Source of the DNA: Myxococcales bacterium
Lineage (GTDB): Bacteria > Desulfobacterota > Binatia > HRBIN30
Assembly (NCBI GenBank): GCA_037445065.1
Contig: JBBILD010000008.1
Span: forward strand, 32,001 to 96,000
DNA length: 64,000 nucleotides
Direction: 5' to 3'
Below, in pieces: positions 18,717 through 29,457 of the stretch; position 1 is the first letter of the stretch; each line of letters opens with the position of its first letter. The position numbers were made by a program, and so were the translations under genes. The notes below the pieces were generated by a model, which was given only the letters and a program-made list of their open reading frames with translations, did not search any database and was not told where the DNA came from.

Positions 18717-21020
18717 ATGCTCAGAGCCAAGCGCCCAACCGTACTGGTGCCGTTCCTGTTTGCTGTCACCGTGCTCGGCTCGGGGGCGCGAGGGGCATCG
18801 CTCCCGATTGCTCTGCCTGGCGCGAACCCGATGCCTCGTGAACTTCAACAGAAACTTTGGGCTGCTTGGCAGGCCGCCGGAAAGCCTGTGCATTCTCAGC
18901 ACCGCAATGCCGAGGGAGGCCCGCGTTACCTGAACCGGTTGATGTTAGAGCCGAACCCATACTTGCAGTTGCACGCGCAGCAACCGGTCGACTGGTATCC
19001 CTGGGGAGCTGAGGCAATAGGGCGCGCGAAACGCGAAGGAAAGCCGATTTTCTTGTCCATTGGCTACGCCACTTGTCACTGGTGTCATGTCATGGCTGCA
19101 GAGACCTTCGATAACGAAGTGATCGCCGAGATTCTCAATCGCGATTTCATTTGCATCAAAGTCGACCGGGAAGAGCGGCCCGACCTCGACACCGCTTACG
19201 TTGCTGCCGTTCAACGCCTGACCGGGAACGCTGGTTGGCCGCTTACCGTGTTTTTGACCCCGAGTGGCGATCCCTTTTACGGGGGAACGTATTTTCCCCC
19301 GGAGGATCGAGGAGGCAGGGTCGGAATGAAGCGAGTTTTGCAAACGGTACGCTCGTCCTGGCGGCAGGATCGAGAACACGCGGCGGAGGCCGGTGCCTCA
19401 TTGCGGGCGGCTCTGGTGTCGGCGCTGCCCGTGCCAGCAGAAGTGGATGCGACCGTGTTGCGGCGTGCGGGGGTGCACTTTGCGAAGCTGTTTGACGCCC
19501 AACACGGTGGATTTGGCCGAGCACCCAAATTCCCACAGCCGCACGTGCTACAGTTCCTGCTTCGATACGGCCAGCGATATGGAGACGCGGCCGCGACCGC
19601 AATGGTTACCAAGACCCTGGAGCACATGGGGCGCGGTGGAATCGTGGATCTGATCGGCGGAGGCATACACCGATATGCCACCGATGCTGCGTGGCGTGTA
19701 CCGCATTACGAAAAAATGCTGTACGACCAAGCCGGAATGGCGATCGCGTACTTGGAAGCATCACGCGCAGCCCGGTCCATCGAAGGCCTGAGCATCGCTT
19801 CGGATATCTTCGAGTACGTCTTGCGCGAGTTGCAACTCCCTGAGGGAGGTTTTGCGGCGGCACAAGACGCGCAAAGCGGTGGAAAAGAAGGCGCCTTTTA
19901 TTTGTGGACGCGAGACGAGATCGTGCGCGCCCTCGGTGCTCAGGAGGGAGCCTGGGTGGCGGACTTCTTTGGTCTGGTGGAATCGAGTCCAGGTCCAGCG
20001 CCGTTGTGGATTCCTGTTCCACCGGATCAGTTCATCGGTCAGCGAGGCCTGACGCAGAAGGAGTTTGTTCGTAGGATTGGCCAAGCGCGGGCCGCTTTGC
20101 GCGCCGTTCGTGATCAACGGCCGCGGCCCGCCATCGATGGCAAGCTTGTCACGGCTTGGAATGGCTGGATGATCGCAGCGCTCGCTGAGGGCGGGATGCA
20201 GTTAGAAAAAGAAGATTACGTGAGCGCGGCGAGCCGGGCCGCGGAGCGCATCCTGCGCGACCTTTATGCCGAAGGCCTGCTGTGGCGCAGTTGGTATCAG
20301 GGCAGGCGGAGTGTGCCGGCGTTCTTGGATGACTACGCGTACCTCGCCTTTGGACTGCATCGCCTTTATGAGGCGACCGGGGAGGCGCGCTGGTTACGTG
20401 AGGCGGATCGCCTGCTGGGCGAGATGTTGCGTCGCTTTGACGACCCAGCCTCGGGCAGCCTCCGATACGCGGCGCTCGATTGGGATCGTAGCGTTCCCAG
20501 CGTCTGGAGTTTGGAGGACGCCGCTTTGCCAGCCGCACAATCGGTTGCGGCGCTGGCGCTGCTTCGCATGGGGCACCTGCTGCAGAAGAAGAGTTATTGG
20601 GAGCGAGGGGAAGTTCTGTTGCGGGCTAACGGGGCGGATGTCAGCAAGGCGCCGACCGCGTACGCGTTTTTATTGCAAGCGATTGACTTCGCCCTCGGCC
20701 CACGCGCGGAAGTCGTGATCGTAGGTGCGGCACGTGCGGCCGAGACCCAGGCGCTGCGGCGAGCGGTGGGGCGCGCCTTTTTGCCACGTGCGCTGATCGT
20801 CCCGTACCAACCGGGGGATGCAACCACGGAAGAGTTGCTGCCTTTCGTGAAGAAGCAGCCGCCAAAGGAAGGGAAGCCGACCGCGTACGTGTGTCAGAAC
20901 TTTACGTGTAACTTCCCTACCACCGAAGTCCCGAAGCTGCTCGAGCAGTTGGCGGGGCTACAGGCCCCGGTCCCCACCCCCCGCTCGGAGCCCCAACCGA
21001 AGCCGCTACCGGATCGGTAA
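18717..21020 (+). CDS. YyaL/SPATA20-like thioredoxin-domain (DUF255) plus alpha/alpha-barrel protein with signal peptide
   Basis: [83 protein letters not shown]. Confidence 0.9.
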   Translation: MLRAKRPTVLVPFLFAVTVLGSGARGASLPIALPGANPMPRELQQKLWAAWQAAGKPVHSQHRNAEGGPRYLNRLMLEPNPYLQLHAQQPVDWYPWGAEAIGRAKREGKPIFLSIGYATCHWCHVMAAETFDNEVIAEILNRDFICIKVDREERPDLDTAYVAAVQRLTGNAGWPLTVFLTPSGDPFYGGTYFPPEDRGGRVGMKRVLQTVRSSWRQDREHAAEAGASLRAALVSALPVPAEVDATVLRRAGVHFAKLFDAQHGGFGRAPKFPQPHVLQFLLRYGQRYGDAAATAMVTKTLEHMGRGGIVDLIGGGIHRYATDAAWRVPHYEKMLYDQAGMAIAYLEASRAARSIEGLSIASDIFEYVLRELQLPEGGFAAAQDAQSGGKEGAFYLWTRDEIVRALGAQEGAWVADFFGLVESSPGPAPLWIPVPPDQFIGQRGLTQKEFVRRIGQARAALRAVRDQRPRPAIDGKLVTAWNGWMIAALAEGGMQLEKEDYVSAASRAAERILRDLYAEGLLWRSWYQGRRSVPAFLDDYAYLAFGLHRLYEATGEARWLREADRLLGEMLRRFDDPASGSLRYAALDWDRSVPSVWSLEDAALPAAQSVAALALLRMGHLLQKKSYWERGEVLLRANGADVSKAPTAYAFLLQAIDFALGPRAEVVIVGAARAAETQALRRAVGRAFLPRALIVPYQPGDATTEELLPFVKKQPPKEGKPTAYVCQNFTCNFPTTEVPKLLEQLAGLQAPVPTPRSEPQPKPLPDR

Positions 21021-21119
21021 ACTGCGCAACTGCACAGCTCAGCTCGGATTAGAAAGGCTCCTCTCCACCTGAGCCTTCCCGGGGGAACGTAACGCGGCCA
21101 CATTGGCAGCTTTTGCTCC

Positions 21120-22268
21120 TCATGCTCTTTGTCGGGGGTGCGCGACAGTGGCTTTACTGTGCAAACGTCCCGCACGAGTCGCGCGGACAGTGGTAGCCAG
21201 GAACAACCCGATCGCAGCGACGTTGCCCCACACTCCGGCCTGCCGTAAGTGGGAGAACCACAGCAGGTCTCCCGCAACTCGAGCCACCACTGAGGCCTGC
21301 AGGGCAGCCAGCGGAAGGTAGAAAAGCGGCGAGAATCTCATGCGCAGGCTGAGAACAGAGGGAAAGATCACAGGAGCGTGAGCAAAGATCATCGTGAGGA
21401 CAAAACCCAAGAACACCGCATGCAGCGTCGCGTCATAAAGAGGCCCAATGGCGCGGCCCTGCGCGAGCAGCAAAAAACCGGAGCAACCTAGCCACCCAAA
21501 ACCAGACAGAAGAGCGATGGCGACGTAGCGGGGCTGCCCGTGATGACGGACGGTGCGGCGGGCCAAGTCGAACGTAAGAAGCCAGGCTGCCAGTGCGAGC
21601 AAACTCCCGCCCAGAAGTCTCGCACCGCGATCCGTGGCCAAGTCCCCGAGCAGCAAAGAGCCAGCAAACCCTGCGAAGGAGAGCACAAATACCACTGCCG
21701 CCCACCGTGGTTTCGGAACCACCCGACTCAATTCCAGCCGCTCCCCTGCGATCGTAGCCACTAAGAAGGCCATCCAAAGGCAGGTGACGGTGTGCGCTTC
21801 TACCCCACTGAGCCAGGCCAGGTGGCCAACGTACAAGGCCGCAGCGCCCGCCATCATGGTTGCCGTGAACAGCGCAGGATGCCGCCAGCACAAGTGGGCG
21901 GAGGCCACTAGAAGGACGAAGGCGCTGGCCAGATACGCGGCCTGGGCGAGTTCTATCGCACTGCCGAGAAGCAGCAGGAGAGAACCTACCACTCCGAGCA
22001 GAGGAGCCGCATAAACCCAGGGGTGACCGGTCGCTCCCACGGCGCGTTCGAGACCGATCACTGTGGCAAAAAATCCGGCCACCATGAGCGGGCCGTGGGC
22101 CGAGGGCTGGACGGCTACTGGGAGCACCGCCCCGGAACGGAGGAGCCCGGCGTAAACGCCTGCAACGAGCGCCACCATAGCGCCAAAAAGCAACGGCGCG
22201 CGCGCCAGGCGAGGATCGGCGTCGCGAACCTTATTGCCAGGCGCTGGAGAGGTCGGCTTGGCCGCCAT
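21120..22268 (-). CDS. Polytopic membrane protein, NnrS-like
   Basis: About 12 hydrophobic segments; [52 protein letters not shown]. Confidence 0.7.
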   Translation of the reverse strand: MAAKPTSPAPGNKVRDADPRLARAPLLFGAMVALVAGVYAGLLRSGAVLPVAVQPSAHGPLMVAGFFATVIGLERAVGATGHPWVYAAPLLGVVGSLLLLLGSAIELAQAAYLASAFVLLVASAHLCWRHPALFTATMMAGAAALYVGHLAWLSGVEAHTVTCLWMAFLVATIAGERLELSRVVPKPRWAAVVFVLSFAGFAGSLLLGDLATDRGARLLGGSLLALAAWLLTFDLARRTVRHHGQPRYVAIALLSGFGWLGCSGFLLLAQGRAIGPLYDATLHAVFLGFVLTMIFAHAPVIFPSVLSLRMRFSPLFYLPLAALQASVVARVAGDLLWFSHLRQAGVWGNVAAIGLFLATTVRATRAGRLHSKATVAHPRQRA

Positions 22269-22626
22269 GTTCCGCCCGTTCCTCCACTGGGCGGTTGCGC
22301 TCGTCCACGAACACACAGCGCGGTTGCCACTGCCGGGCCAATTCCTCTGCAACCTCGGCAAACGCGGCGATGATGACCAGATCGCCTTTGCTCACTTTGC
22401 GGGCTGCGGCCCCGTTGATGCAAACCACACCGGATCCGCGCTGCCCCGCGATCGCGTATGTGGAGAAGCGCTCTCCGTTGGTCACATTCCAGACTTCCAC
22501 TTTTTCGTACGGCAGGATGTCCGCACGCTCCAGCAGTTCCGCATCGATGGTCACGCTGCCCTCGTAGTGCAAGTCGGCGCCGGTCACAGTGGCGCGATGG
22601 ATCTTGCCTCGCAGCATCGTACGCAT
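22231..22626 (-). CDS. panD: Aspartate 1-decarboxylase
   Basis: [38 protein letters not shown]. Confidence 0.96.
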   Translation of the reverse strand: MRTMLRGKIHRATVTGADLHYEGSVTIDAELLERADILPYEKVEVWNVTNGERFSTYAIAGQRGSGVVCINGAAARKVSKGDLVIIAAFAEVAEELARQWQPRCVFVDERNRPVEERAEHGGQADLSSAWQ

Positions 22627-22649
22627 GACAACCCTCCTCTGCTTGTTTG

Positions 22650-23561
22650 TTACACGTTCCCCGAGGGTTCCCCGCCAATTCCGTTCTCTTTGGCCGCCAG
22701 CGTTCGGTCGGCCGTAGGGACCTCGAGTACGCAATTGTCGATCAACCGCGTGCTGCCAAAAAACACGGCTAGCGCAAGTAGGGTGGGGCCCTCGATGGTG
22801 GTTATGGGCCGCAGTCTCTGAACATCGACAAGTTCTACGTAGTCCACGCGAGCGAGAGGCTCCTCTGCCAGACACTGGTACACAAAAGCGCGTAGTTCCT
22901 GAGCAGCTCGCACGCCGCTTGCCACTTTCTGCTGTGCAAGCCGGAGTGCGCGCGACAGGACCGTGGCGGCAGCGCGCTCGTGCGGCGCGAGATACGCATT
23001 GCGCGAACTCATGGCTAGGCCATCCGGCTCGCGCGCAATCGGCGCCGCCACAATCGAAATGTCGAAATTCAAGTCGCGCACGAGTTGGCGCACGGTGACC
23101 AACTGCTGGAAGTCCTTCTCGCCGAACACAGCGACGTGGGGTTTGACCGCTAAGAAGAGCTTCGTCACAACAGTTGTGACCCCGCGAAAGTGCGTGGGTC
23201 GCGAAGCCCCGCAGAGGCCCTTGGTTACTTCCTCGACGTTAACGCTCGTTTGGAAGCCGGCAGGATACATCTCTGCATAAGAAGGAAGAAAGAGCACATC
23301 CACTCCTTCGCCAGACAGTAGGCGCGCGTCGCGCTCCAGATCGCGCGGGTAGCGCTCCAAGTCTTCGGTGGGGCCGAATTGCAGAGGGTTCACGAAGATG
23401 GACACGACCGTTCGCGAGCAGAGTTCCTTTGCACGCCGCACCAAACTCAGGTGGCCCTCGTGCAGGTACCCCATCGTGGGCACAAAGCCGATGCGCTCGC
23501 CCCGCGCGCGCTCAGCGTCAGCCCAGTGTTGCATTTCGACGATTCGCTCGATCGTTCGCAT
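22650..23561 (-). CDS. panC: Pantoate--beta-alanine ligase
   Basis: [51 protein letters not shown]. Confidence 0.97.
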   Translation of the reverse strand: MRTIERIVEMQHWADAERARGERIGFVPTMGYLHEGHLSLVRRAKELCSRTVVSIFVNPLQFGPTEDLERYPRDLERDARLLSGEGVDVLFLPSYAEMYPAGFQTSVNVEEVTKGLCGASRPTHFRGVTTVVTKLFLAVKPHVAVFGEKDFQQLVTVRQLVRDLNFDISIVAAPIAREPDGLAMSSRNAYLAPHERAAATVLSRALRLAQQKVASGVRAAQELRAFVYQCLAEEPLARVDYVELVDVQRLRPITTIEGPTLLALAVFFGSTRLIDNCVLEVPTADRTLAAKENGIGGEPSGNV

Positions 23562-23571
23562 GGACTTCGTT

Positions 23572-24429
23572 TCACTCTGCCCCCACGGCCTTGTCTCGAC
23601 CGACTGGCAACAACGTGTGGAACGCGTGCTCGTCCCCCGGGAATTGGCGGTTGCGTACGTCCTGTGCATAGGTGCGCAAAGCGAAGAGCGCGTGTTCCGC
23701 TAGCTCGGTATACCGCTTGGCGAATTTTGGCGTGCGTCCGGCGGTGAGACCCAAAACATCGTGCAGCACGAGAATCTGGCCGTCACAGTCTGGGCCGGCT
23801 CCGATCCCGATGGTGGGAATGGAAACCTGGCGGGTGATCTCGGCGGCAAGTTCTCGCGGGATTCCCTCGAGAACGATCGCGAAGGCACCCGCCTCCTCCA
23901 CCGCCAGCGCGTCCTCGATGAGCCGTTCCTGCTGCCCGGGCCCGTGGCCGCGACGCTGTCCTTGCACCTTGTGCCCGCCCATACGGTGCACGGACTGTGG
24001 GGTAAGTCCTATGTGGCCCATCACGGGGATGTCCACAGCCGTCATGGCTCGGATTGTGGGGGCAACCGCTACCCCGCCCTCGAGTTTCACGGCTTCCGCA
24101 CCACCCTCTTTCAGCGCGCGTGCCGCGCTTTCCAAGGCACGCTCCACGCTCGTCTGATACGAGCCAAAGGGAAGGTCAGCGACCACTAGGGCCCTGCGCC
24201 GTGCGCGCACCACCATGCGGCAATGGTAAAGAATCTCCTCGAGGGTCACGGGCAAGGTGGTGTCCAAACCTTGCACCACCATGCCAAGGGAGTCCCCTAC
24301 CAGGATGATGTCGATGCCCGCTTCGTCAACAAGGCGTGCGAACGGGAAGTCATACGCGGTGATCGCCACCAGGGGCTCACCGGCCGACTTGCGTTTGAGG
24401 ACCTCAGGAACGGTTACTTTGCTTTGCAT
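23572..24429 (-). CDS. panB: 3-methyl-2-oxobutanoate hydroxymethyltransferase
   Basis: TAYD, LVGDSLGMV, ADLPFGSY, VKLEGG, GHIGLTPQS, IGIGAGPDCDGQILV. Confidence 0.97.
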   Translation of the reverse strand: MQSKVTVPEVLKRKSAGEPLVAITAYDFPFARLVDEAGIDIILVGDSLGMVVQGLDTTLPVTLEEILYHCRMVVRARRRALVVADLPFGSYQTSVERALESAARALKEGGAEAVKLEGGVAVAPTIRAMTAVDIPVMGHIGLTPQSVHRMGGHKVQGQRRGHGPGQQERLIEDALAVEEAGAFAIVLEGIPRELAAEITRQVSIPTIGIGAGPDCDGQILVLHDVLGLTAGRTPKFAKRYTELAEHALFALRTYAQDVRNRQFPGDEHAFHTLLPVGRDKAVGAE

Positions 24430-24580
24430 GGGTGATACCTCCCCGGACCAAGTCCGGAGGGCTTTCCCATGCAAGCTGGTCAGCTCCCTCGACCCTGCAC
24501 CTCGTGCAGTCAGCGCGGATCGCCATCGCTGCTGCTGGAACGGGTCGCTGGGATGTCATGACTGGCTCCTGTGAGAGCGC

Positions 24581-24635
24581 TCCGTCTCGGTCCGGCCCGC
24601 GAGCGTTCGCTCCAGGTCATTTGGATCCAAGCGGA
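24581..24635 (-). ncRNA. pan-motif-like cis-regulatory RNA hairpin upstream of panB
   Basis: On - strand UCCG-CUUGG-A-UCC ... GGA-CCGAG-A-CGGA forms a stem with one bulged A on each arm, about 150 nt upstream of panB. Resembles the pan RNA motif from memory; needs a covariance-model check. Confidence 0.6.
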
Positions 24636-25258
24636 ATGTAATGTTGAACTCCTCCTGCCATCGAGCGGATTTCGCGAACGAGATCGAGGAAATCGGCGCT
24701 GTTCGCCACAAAGTCCACCGCGGACACATCAGCCACGAGCAGAGGGGCCTCTCGGTAGTGAAAGAAGAAGCGCCGATAGGCCTCTGCGATTCGTTCGATG
24801 TATTCGCGCGGAATGTACCGCTCGTAGTCCCGATCACGCTTTCGCAACCGCTCCATTAAAATTTCTGGCCGCGCCTGAAGATAGATCACGAGATCCGGTT
24901 TGGGCAAGCGGGTATCGAGGAGCGAGTAAACTTGCCGGTAGAGGGCCCACTCGTCGCCCTGAAGGTTCACCTGGGCGAAGATCTGGTCCTTGGCAAACAG
25001 ATAGTCCGCCACCGTGATTTGCCGGAAGAGGTCTCCTTGGGCCAGCGTGAGTTGCTGTCGGAAGCGACTCAGAAGGAAAAAGATTTGGGTTTGGAAGGCG
25101 TAGGTTTTGGGATCGTCGTAAAACTTCTTTAGGAAGGGGTTTTCCTCGACTTGCTCGAGCATGGCTCGCCCCTGCAGTTCCTCAGCGAGGAGTCTGGCAA
25201 GCGATGTTTTGCCGACGCCGATGGGTCCTTCCACTGCGATGTACTTGGGAGCGAGCAT
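24617..25258 (-). CDS. Deoxynucleoside kinase
   Basis: YIAVEGPIGVGKTSLA P-loop, NPFL..FY, FQTQIFFLLSRF, PDLVIYLQA; classic position upstream of panB. Confidence 0.92.
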   Translation of the reverse strand: MLAPKYIAVEGPIGVGKTSLARLLAEELQGRAMLEQVEENPFLKKFYDDPKTYAFQTQIFFLLSRFRQQLTLAQGDLFRQITVADYLFAKDQIFAQVNLQGDEWALYRQVYSLLDTRLPKPDLVIYLQARPEILMERLRKRDRDYERYIPREYIERIAEAYRRFFFHYREAPLLVADVSAVDFVANSADFLDLVREIRSMAGGVQHYIPLGSK

Positions 25259-25388
25259 TCTGCATCCCTCACCGGAGCACCACGAACGCTCCCTTGGTAT
25301 CATACGATCCAAAGGGCGGCAAACGAAAGGCGAAAATCAGGTTCTTTGTCTTGGCGGTGGCCCACATTCGTGCGACAGAGAGCTGCCA

Positions 25389-25832
25389 ATGATTCGGGTT
25401 TGTCCCCATTGTGGGGTGAACAATCGTGTTCCGGCGCGACACCTTTCCGACCGGGGTCGCTGTGGGTCTTGCCGCGGAGAGCTTTCTCCAGTGGCTGAGC
25501 CCTTGGAGGTCGATCCTGCACAGTTTGCGGAGATCGTTGCTGAGGCCCGCGTGCCAGTGCTGGTGGACTTCTGGGCAGCCTGGTGCGGCCCGTGCCGGCA
25601 GGTTGCTCCCGAGGTCGCGCGCGCTGCGCGCAACTGGGCGGGGCGCGCCATTGTGCTCAAGGTGGATGTGGATCGGTTTCCTGAGTTGGCTGCTCGTCAC
25701 GGTGTAATGGGCATCCCGCACTTTATCGTCTTCCGCCAGGGCAAAGCCGTGCTCGAACACTCAGGCTTCGTTCCTGCTGCAGAGTTGGAACGGTGGCTTG
25801 CCAAGGTCTCCGGCCAGGGGGAATCGGACTGA
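25389..25832 (+). CDS. trxC: Thioredoxin 2 (zinc-finger thioredoxin)
   Basis: CPHC..NRVP...CGSC zinc finger followed by VDFWAAWCGPC. Confidence 0.9.
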   Translation: MIRVCPHCGVNNRVPARHLSDRGRCGSCRGELSPVAEPLEVDPAQFAEIVAEARVPVLVDFWAAWCGPCRQVAPEVARAARNWAGRAIVLKVDVDRFPELAARHGVMGIPHFIVFRQGKAVLEHSGFVPAAELERWLAKVSGQGESD

Positions 25833-26253
25833 GGGCTTTGCCTTCAAGGAAGGTTGTTCGCGAGGCGCGTTGCCGAGGCCAGCTTTTCGGGGACGGAAAG
25901 AGGGCAACCTCTAAGTAAGATTTCCTCGCAGCGGGCTGCAGATTCCGAGCGGAATCTGGCCTTTTTGCGACGACCGAGCAGCGGCCCATCACTGGCTTTT
26001 GTCCGGGAGCACTCGCTCACGAAGGAGCACCTTGCGGTACAAATGGGACGGGCTACCGGGCTTGATCGCCTTCGGCGGACGAAGAGCCAGACGGTCTGCG
26101 GGCGACCTCGCGAAAAATGTGCGTTTCGTACGTCTTCCGAACGGAAGATTCGCTTTGCACTACGGCTACGCCCACCCGGCAACGGAGGAGTGCAGGGCAC
26201 TCACCCACGTCAGCGAATGAGAATACCTGGGTTTCCGCTGAAGCTTTCTGGGG

Positions 26254-29200
26254 TTACTCGGCGGTTTCACACGGGCCCCCATGCCGGAGGGTCACCGCGG
26301 CGGCTAGCCGCTCGCAATCATTCCCGTAGGTGATGCCGTCGCACCCGCATACGGGAGAATAAAACAAAGGGCAGGCTCGCGGCCGAGGCGTGCACGATCC
26401 AGCGAGATCGGCAACGGAACAGGTGGGATCCTCCGTGTTGCAAACAAACCCGTCCGGACAAGGGAAGCCCGCGATGCCGCCGCAGAGGCCGGGAGCTGGA
26501 GAACACGGTGGCAATTCGGGGATGCACAGGAGTCCATCAGGGCAGCACTTCTCGGGGCATTCCGGCAAGTTGAGCGGACCACAAAGAGCCCCGGGTGGAC
26601 AGCACTCCGGCACCTTGCAGGGCGGGATGTGAGGTAGGCAGCGCGCGTTGGGCGGACAGCAGCTCGGTTCGTCCTCGCAGGGGTTTTCCCGGCACGCGCC
26701 CGCTGCACACACGCCTCCTACCATCCAGTCGCACCACGAAACACCGAGCGGTGTGAGATTGGTGCGAGCATAAGCGCAACAAGCGTCGCGGGTTTGCAGT
26801 TCGGCGAGCAGCCCTCCGGAGCACGAGCCGAGAAAACAGCCGGAGGTTCGATCCGCAGGGCCCGGCGGGGTCGGCGTCGGACTTGGAGTGCCCACGGTCA
26901 CGTCGAGGTAAACCACGGGGTCGTAGTACAGGTAAAAACGACCGTAGATCCGGTACACCCCGGGAGAGACAAGGTTGCCGCTGGCATCGCGCAGGTCCCA
27001 GACGGCCCGAGTCTGATAGCGCAACACTTCTCGATCGCGGTCGGGCGCGCTTGCTTCCAGAAACGGAGCCCCACAGCCCTCTTCCCGCAGGGTGCGGATC
27101 AGTTCGGCACCACGAAACACATAAAGATCGAGGCAAGGATCGAACACCCCACCTCGAGGCTGGGTTTCTGTGACGGTGTAACGTAGGGTCACCAAACCTG
27201 GGACGTCGTAGCGAGCACAATCCGACTCCAGCACGACGCGGTTGAAACCGTCCGTCCACACGGCCCGATTGACGTTCGCAGGGTCGCAGTATGCCAGGTC
27301 CGAAGTTTCGTACACCTCGATCGTTACCGGTTCGCTGCGTAACCCGGAAAATTCTGCCCACACTTGCACGGTCCCAGCGCTCAGTCCCGCGAGTCTCCCG
27401 TTCGCCGCGAAGCGAGCTACGGTTTCGTCGCTGCTGCGCCAACTTGCGGCTTCCGAAACGTCGCGGGTCATTCCGAGGTCGTAGGTAGCGGTGGCGCGGA
27501 AGAACATTTCACCGCCTCGCGCCAAGACGCGATCGTTCCCTTCCGGCTGAATCCAGAGCGCCACCGCGGACGCTTCCGAAACCACCCGCACACGGACCGT
27601 GTTGCTGCGCAGGTCTTCAAGCAGCGCTGTGACTTCTGCATCGCCAGGAGCGTTGGCGACGGCGAGCCCTGCACCCAAGAAGCCGACCGCTGCCGGTGCA
27701 GAAGATTGCCACTCCACGGACTCGGTAACGTCCTGCCACTCGCCGGTGTCGTACTCTGCAGTCGCCCGGAACTGAATCCGCTCTCCGATCAGGAAGGTCA
27801 CGTCATAATCGCAACCAACACAAATCGGCGGCGTACCTTCCTGGGCAGCGCCGGAGCCTCGGGCAAGCTCGGGGAAGGCGCGGTCCGCCGAAATGTAGAG
27901 AGCGATCGGGGTGGGGCGCTCGACCACGCGCAGGTTCACGGCATCGCTGCGGACTCCTTGGAAAGTGGCGCTGATTTGCGCCCAACCGGCTTGCCTTGCG
28001 ACCACCTCCCCCGCACGCACCTCGGCAACGTTCGCCGGCTCGGCGCTCCACTCGGCAAGCGGCGTTACGTCTTCAACCGAACCATCCGCGAGTTCTGCCA
28101 GCGCGAGGTACTGTAAGGACGCTGCCACGCGGAGCACCTCGCGGCACCAAGGCACCGGGGAGGGCAACGACGTCTCGGGAGCTTGGGGACGAAGGATACA
28201 GGGCAACTCCACCGGGCGTACCGCCGGATCGCTGAGCCAAGTCGGGCCGCAGCGGCACAGAGCGTTGATCACGGTTAGGCGAAGCACGGCGGGGCGCTCT
28301 ACCACCCTTACTGGTGCCTGCGTCGTCCAGCGATCATCCCAACGCGCCGTCACTTGCGCCGAACCCACCGCGAGCCCTTGGATATTGCCGATGGGATCCA
28401 CCCTGGCTACCGACACATCGTCTATGTTCCAATCCAAAAGCGGCGTAACATCGATCCGGCTGCCATCGGAGAGGCTTAGGGTTGCCGTGGCGGAGATTGC
28501 CCGCCCGATCGGAAGCTCCATGGAATCGGTTATGGAAAGATCCGTAATCTGTACCGGCAAGCAGTTCGGTATGCACACCTGGCGGGGGCAATCGCCGCAC
28601 TCGGGACAGCTCGCTACACACACACATTGATCGGTAGGATTGACGCAGGTTCCCTGCTCGCCGCACCGGTAGGCGTAAGGGATGGGCGTCCTGCTGCATA
28701 CTCCGGGGCCGCAATCGTCGCAGGCGGGACAGCTCGAAGTGCACACGCAGGAAGAGTTTCCTTCGCACCCGGCTTCGAAATCACAGGGCCAGAGAGTCGC
28801 ATCGCACGACTGGGGATCGAACGTGCCATCCGCGTCCGCGTCGCTCCAGGTGCGCACGCCGTCGCTGAACTCGCTTGCTTGGCCGTCCCGGCGGACCAAG
28901 TACAAACCCTTGTCGGTTTGAATTTCCTCGTAGATTCGCCCAGCGCGTTCATAGCGGACTACGCTGCGTACCTGCCCCCAGGCAACCTGCACCAATAGCG
29001 AGGTGATCCCGCGATCACCGACAGGGAGCGGCAGCGCAGTTTGCACGAGATTGCCGTTGAGCGCTTTTGTGATGAGTAAACGGTATTTTCCTGGACGCAG
29101 ATCTGGCAGTCGAAACGACCCGTCGGCGCTCGTGTCGAGAACAAAAGATTGTCCCTCCCCCTCCACGAGGACGCTGGCGTGCGCGAGGGAACGATCGAAA

Positions 29201-29457
29201 TCCTCACCGATCGCAATCCCCTGCCAGGATCTGGGCGGTACGCCGATGGAATCAGTAGGGCCCGAGGGAACGTCGTTACGGAGAACGAGCAAGCCCTCGA
29301 CTGCGGCGGCTGCGGCGGGGGTTGCTGTTGGTATGGGTGTCGCCGTGGGACTGGGGACTGCGCTAGGCGTGGAACTGCGCGGCTGGCTCTCACTACCACA
29401 AGCTGCGATCGTAAACCCGAGGAGAAAGCAAGCGGCCCCTAACAGCTGGATGTTCAT
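26254..29457 (-). CDS. Large Cys-rich lipoprotein with four Ig-like (Big_2) repeats and a C-terminal Kazal-type domain
   Basis: GGAGG RBS, lipobox IAAC, repeats of ATATxxDG..DVT..W.S....VA......G, terminal PVCGCDGITYGNDC...HGGPC. Confidence 0.85.
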   Translation of the reverse strand: MNIQLLGAACFLLGFTIAACGSESQPRSSTPSAVPSPTATPIPTATPAAAAAVEGLLVLRNDVPSGPTDSIGVPPRSWQGIAIGEDFDRSLAHASVLVEGEGQSFVLDTSADGSFRLPDLRPGKYRLLITKALNGNLVQTALPLPVGDRGITSLLVQVAWGQVRSVVRYERAGRIYEEIQTDKGLYLVRRDGQASEFSDGVRTWSDADADGTFDPQSCDATLWPCDFEAGCEGNSSCVCTSSCPACDDCGPGVCSRTPIPYAYRCGEQGTCVNPTDQCVCVASCPECGDCPRQVCIPNCLPVQITDLSITDSMELPIGRAISATATLSLSDGSRIDVTPLLDWNIDDVSVARVDPIGNIQGLAVGSAQVTARWDDRWTTQAPVRVVERPAVLRLTVINALCRCGPTWLSDPAVRPVELPCILRPQAPETSLPSPVPWCREVLRVAASLQYLALAELADGSVEDVTPLAEWSAEPANVAEVRAGEVVARQAGWAQISATFQGVRSDAVNLRVVERPTPIALYISADRAFPELARGSGAAQEGTPPICVGCDYDVTFLIGERIQFRATAEYDTGEWQDVTESVEWQSSAPAAVGFLGAGLAVANAPGDAEVTALLEDLRSNTVRVRVVSEASAVALWIQPEGNDRVLARGGEMFFRATATYDLGMTRDVSEAASWRSSDETVARFAANGRLAGLSAGTVQVWAEFSGLRSEPVTIEVYETSDLAYCDPANVNRAVWTDGFNRVVLESDCARYDVPGLVTLRYTVTETQPRGGVFDPCLDLYVFRGAELIRTLREEGCGAPFLEASAPDRDREVLRYQTRAVWDLRDASGNLVSPGVYRIYGRFYLYYDPVVYLDVTVGTPSPTPTPPGPADRTSGCFLGSCSGGLLAELQTRDACCAYARTNLTPLGVSWCDWMVGGVCAAGACRENPCEDEPSCCPPNARCLPHIPPCKVPECCPPGALCGPLNLPECPEKCCPDGLLCIPELPPCSPAPGLCGGIAGFPCPDGFVCNTEDPTCSVADLAGSCTPRPRACPLFYSPVCGCDGITYGNDCERLAAAVTLRHGGPCETAE

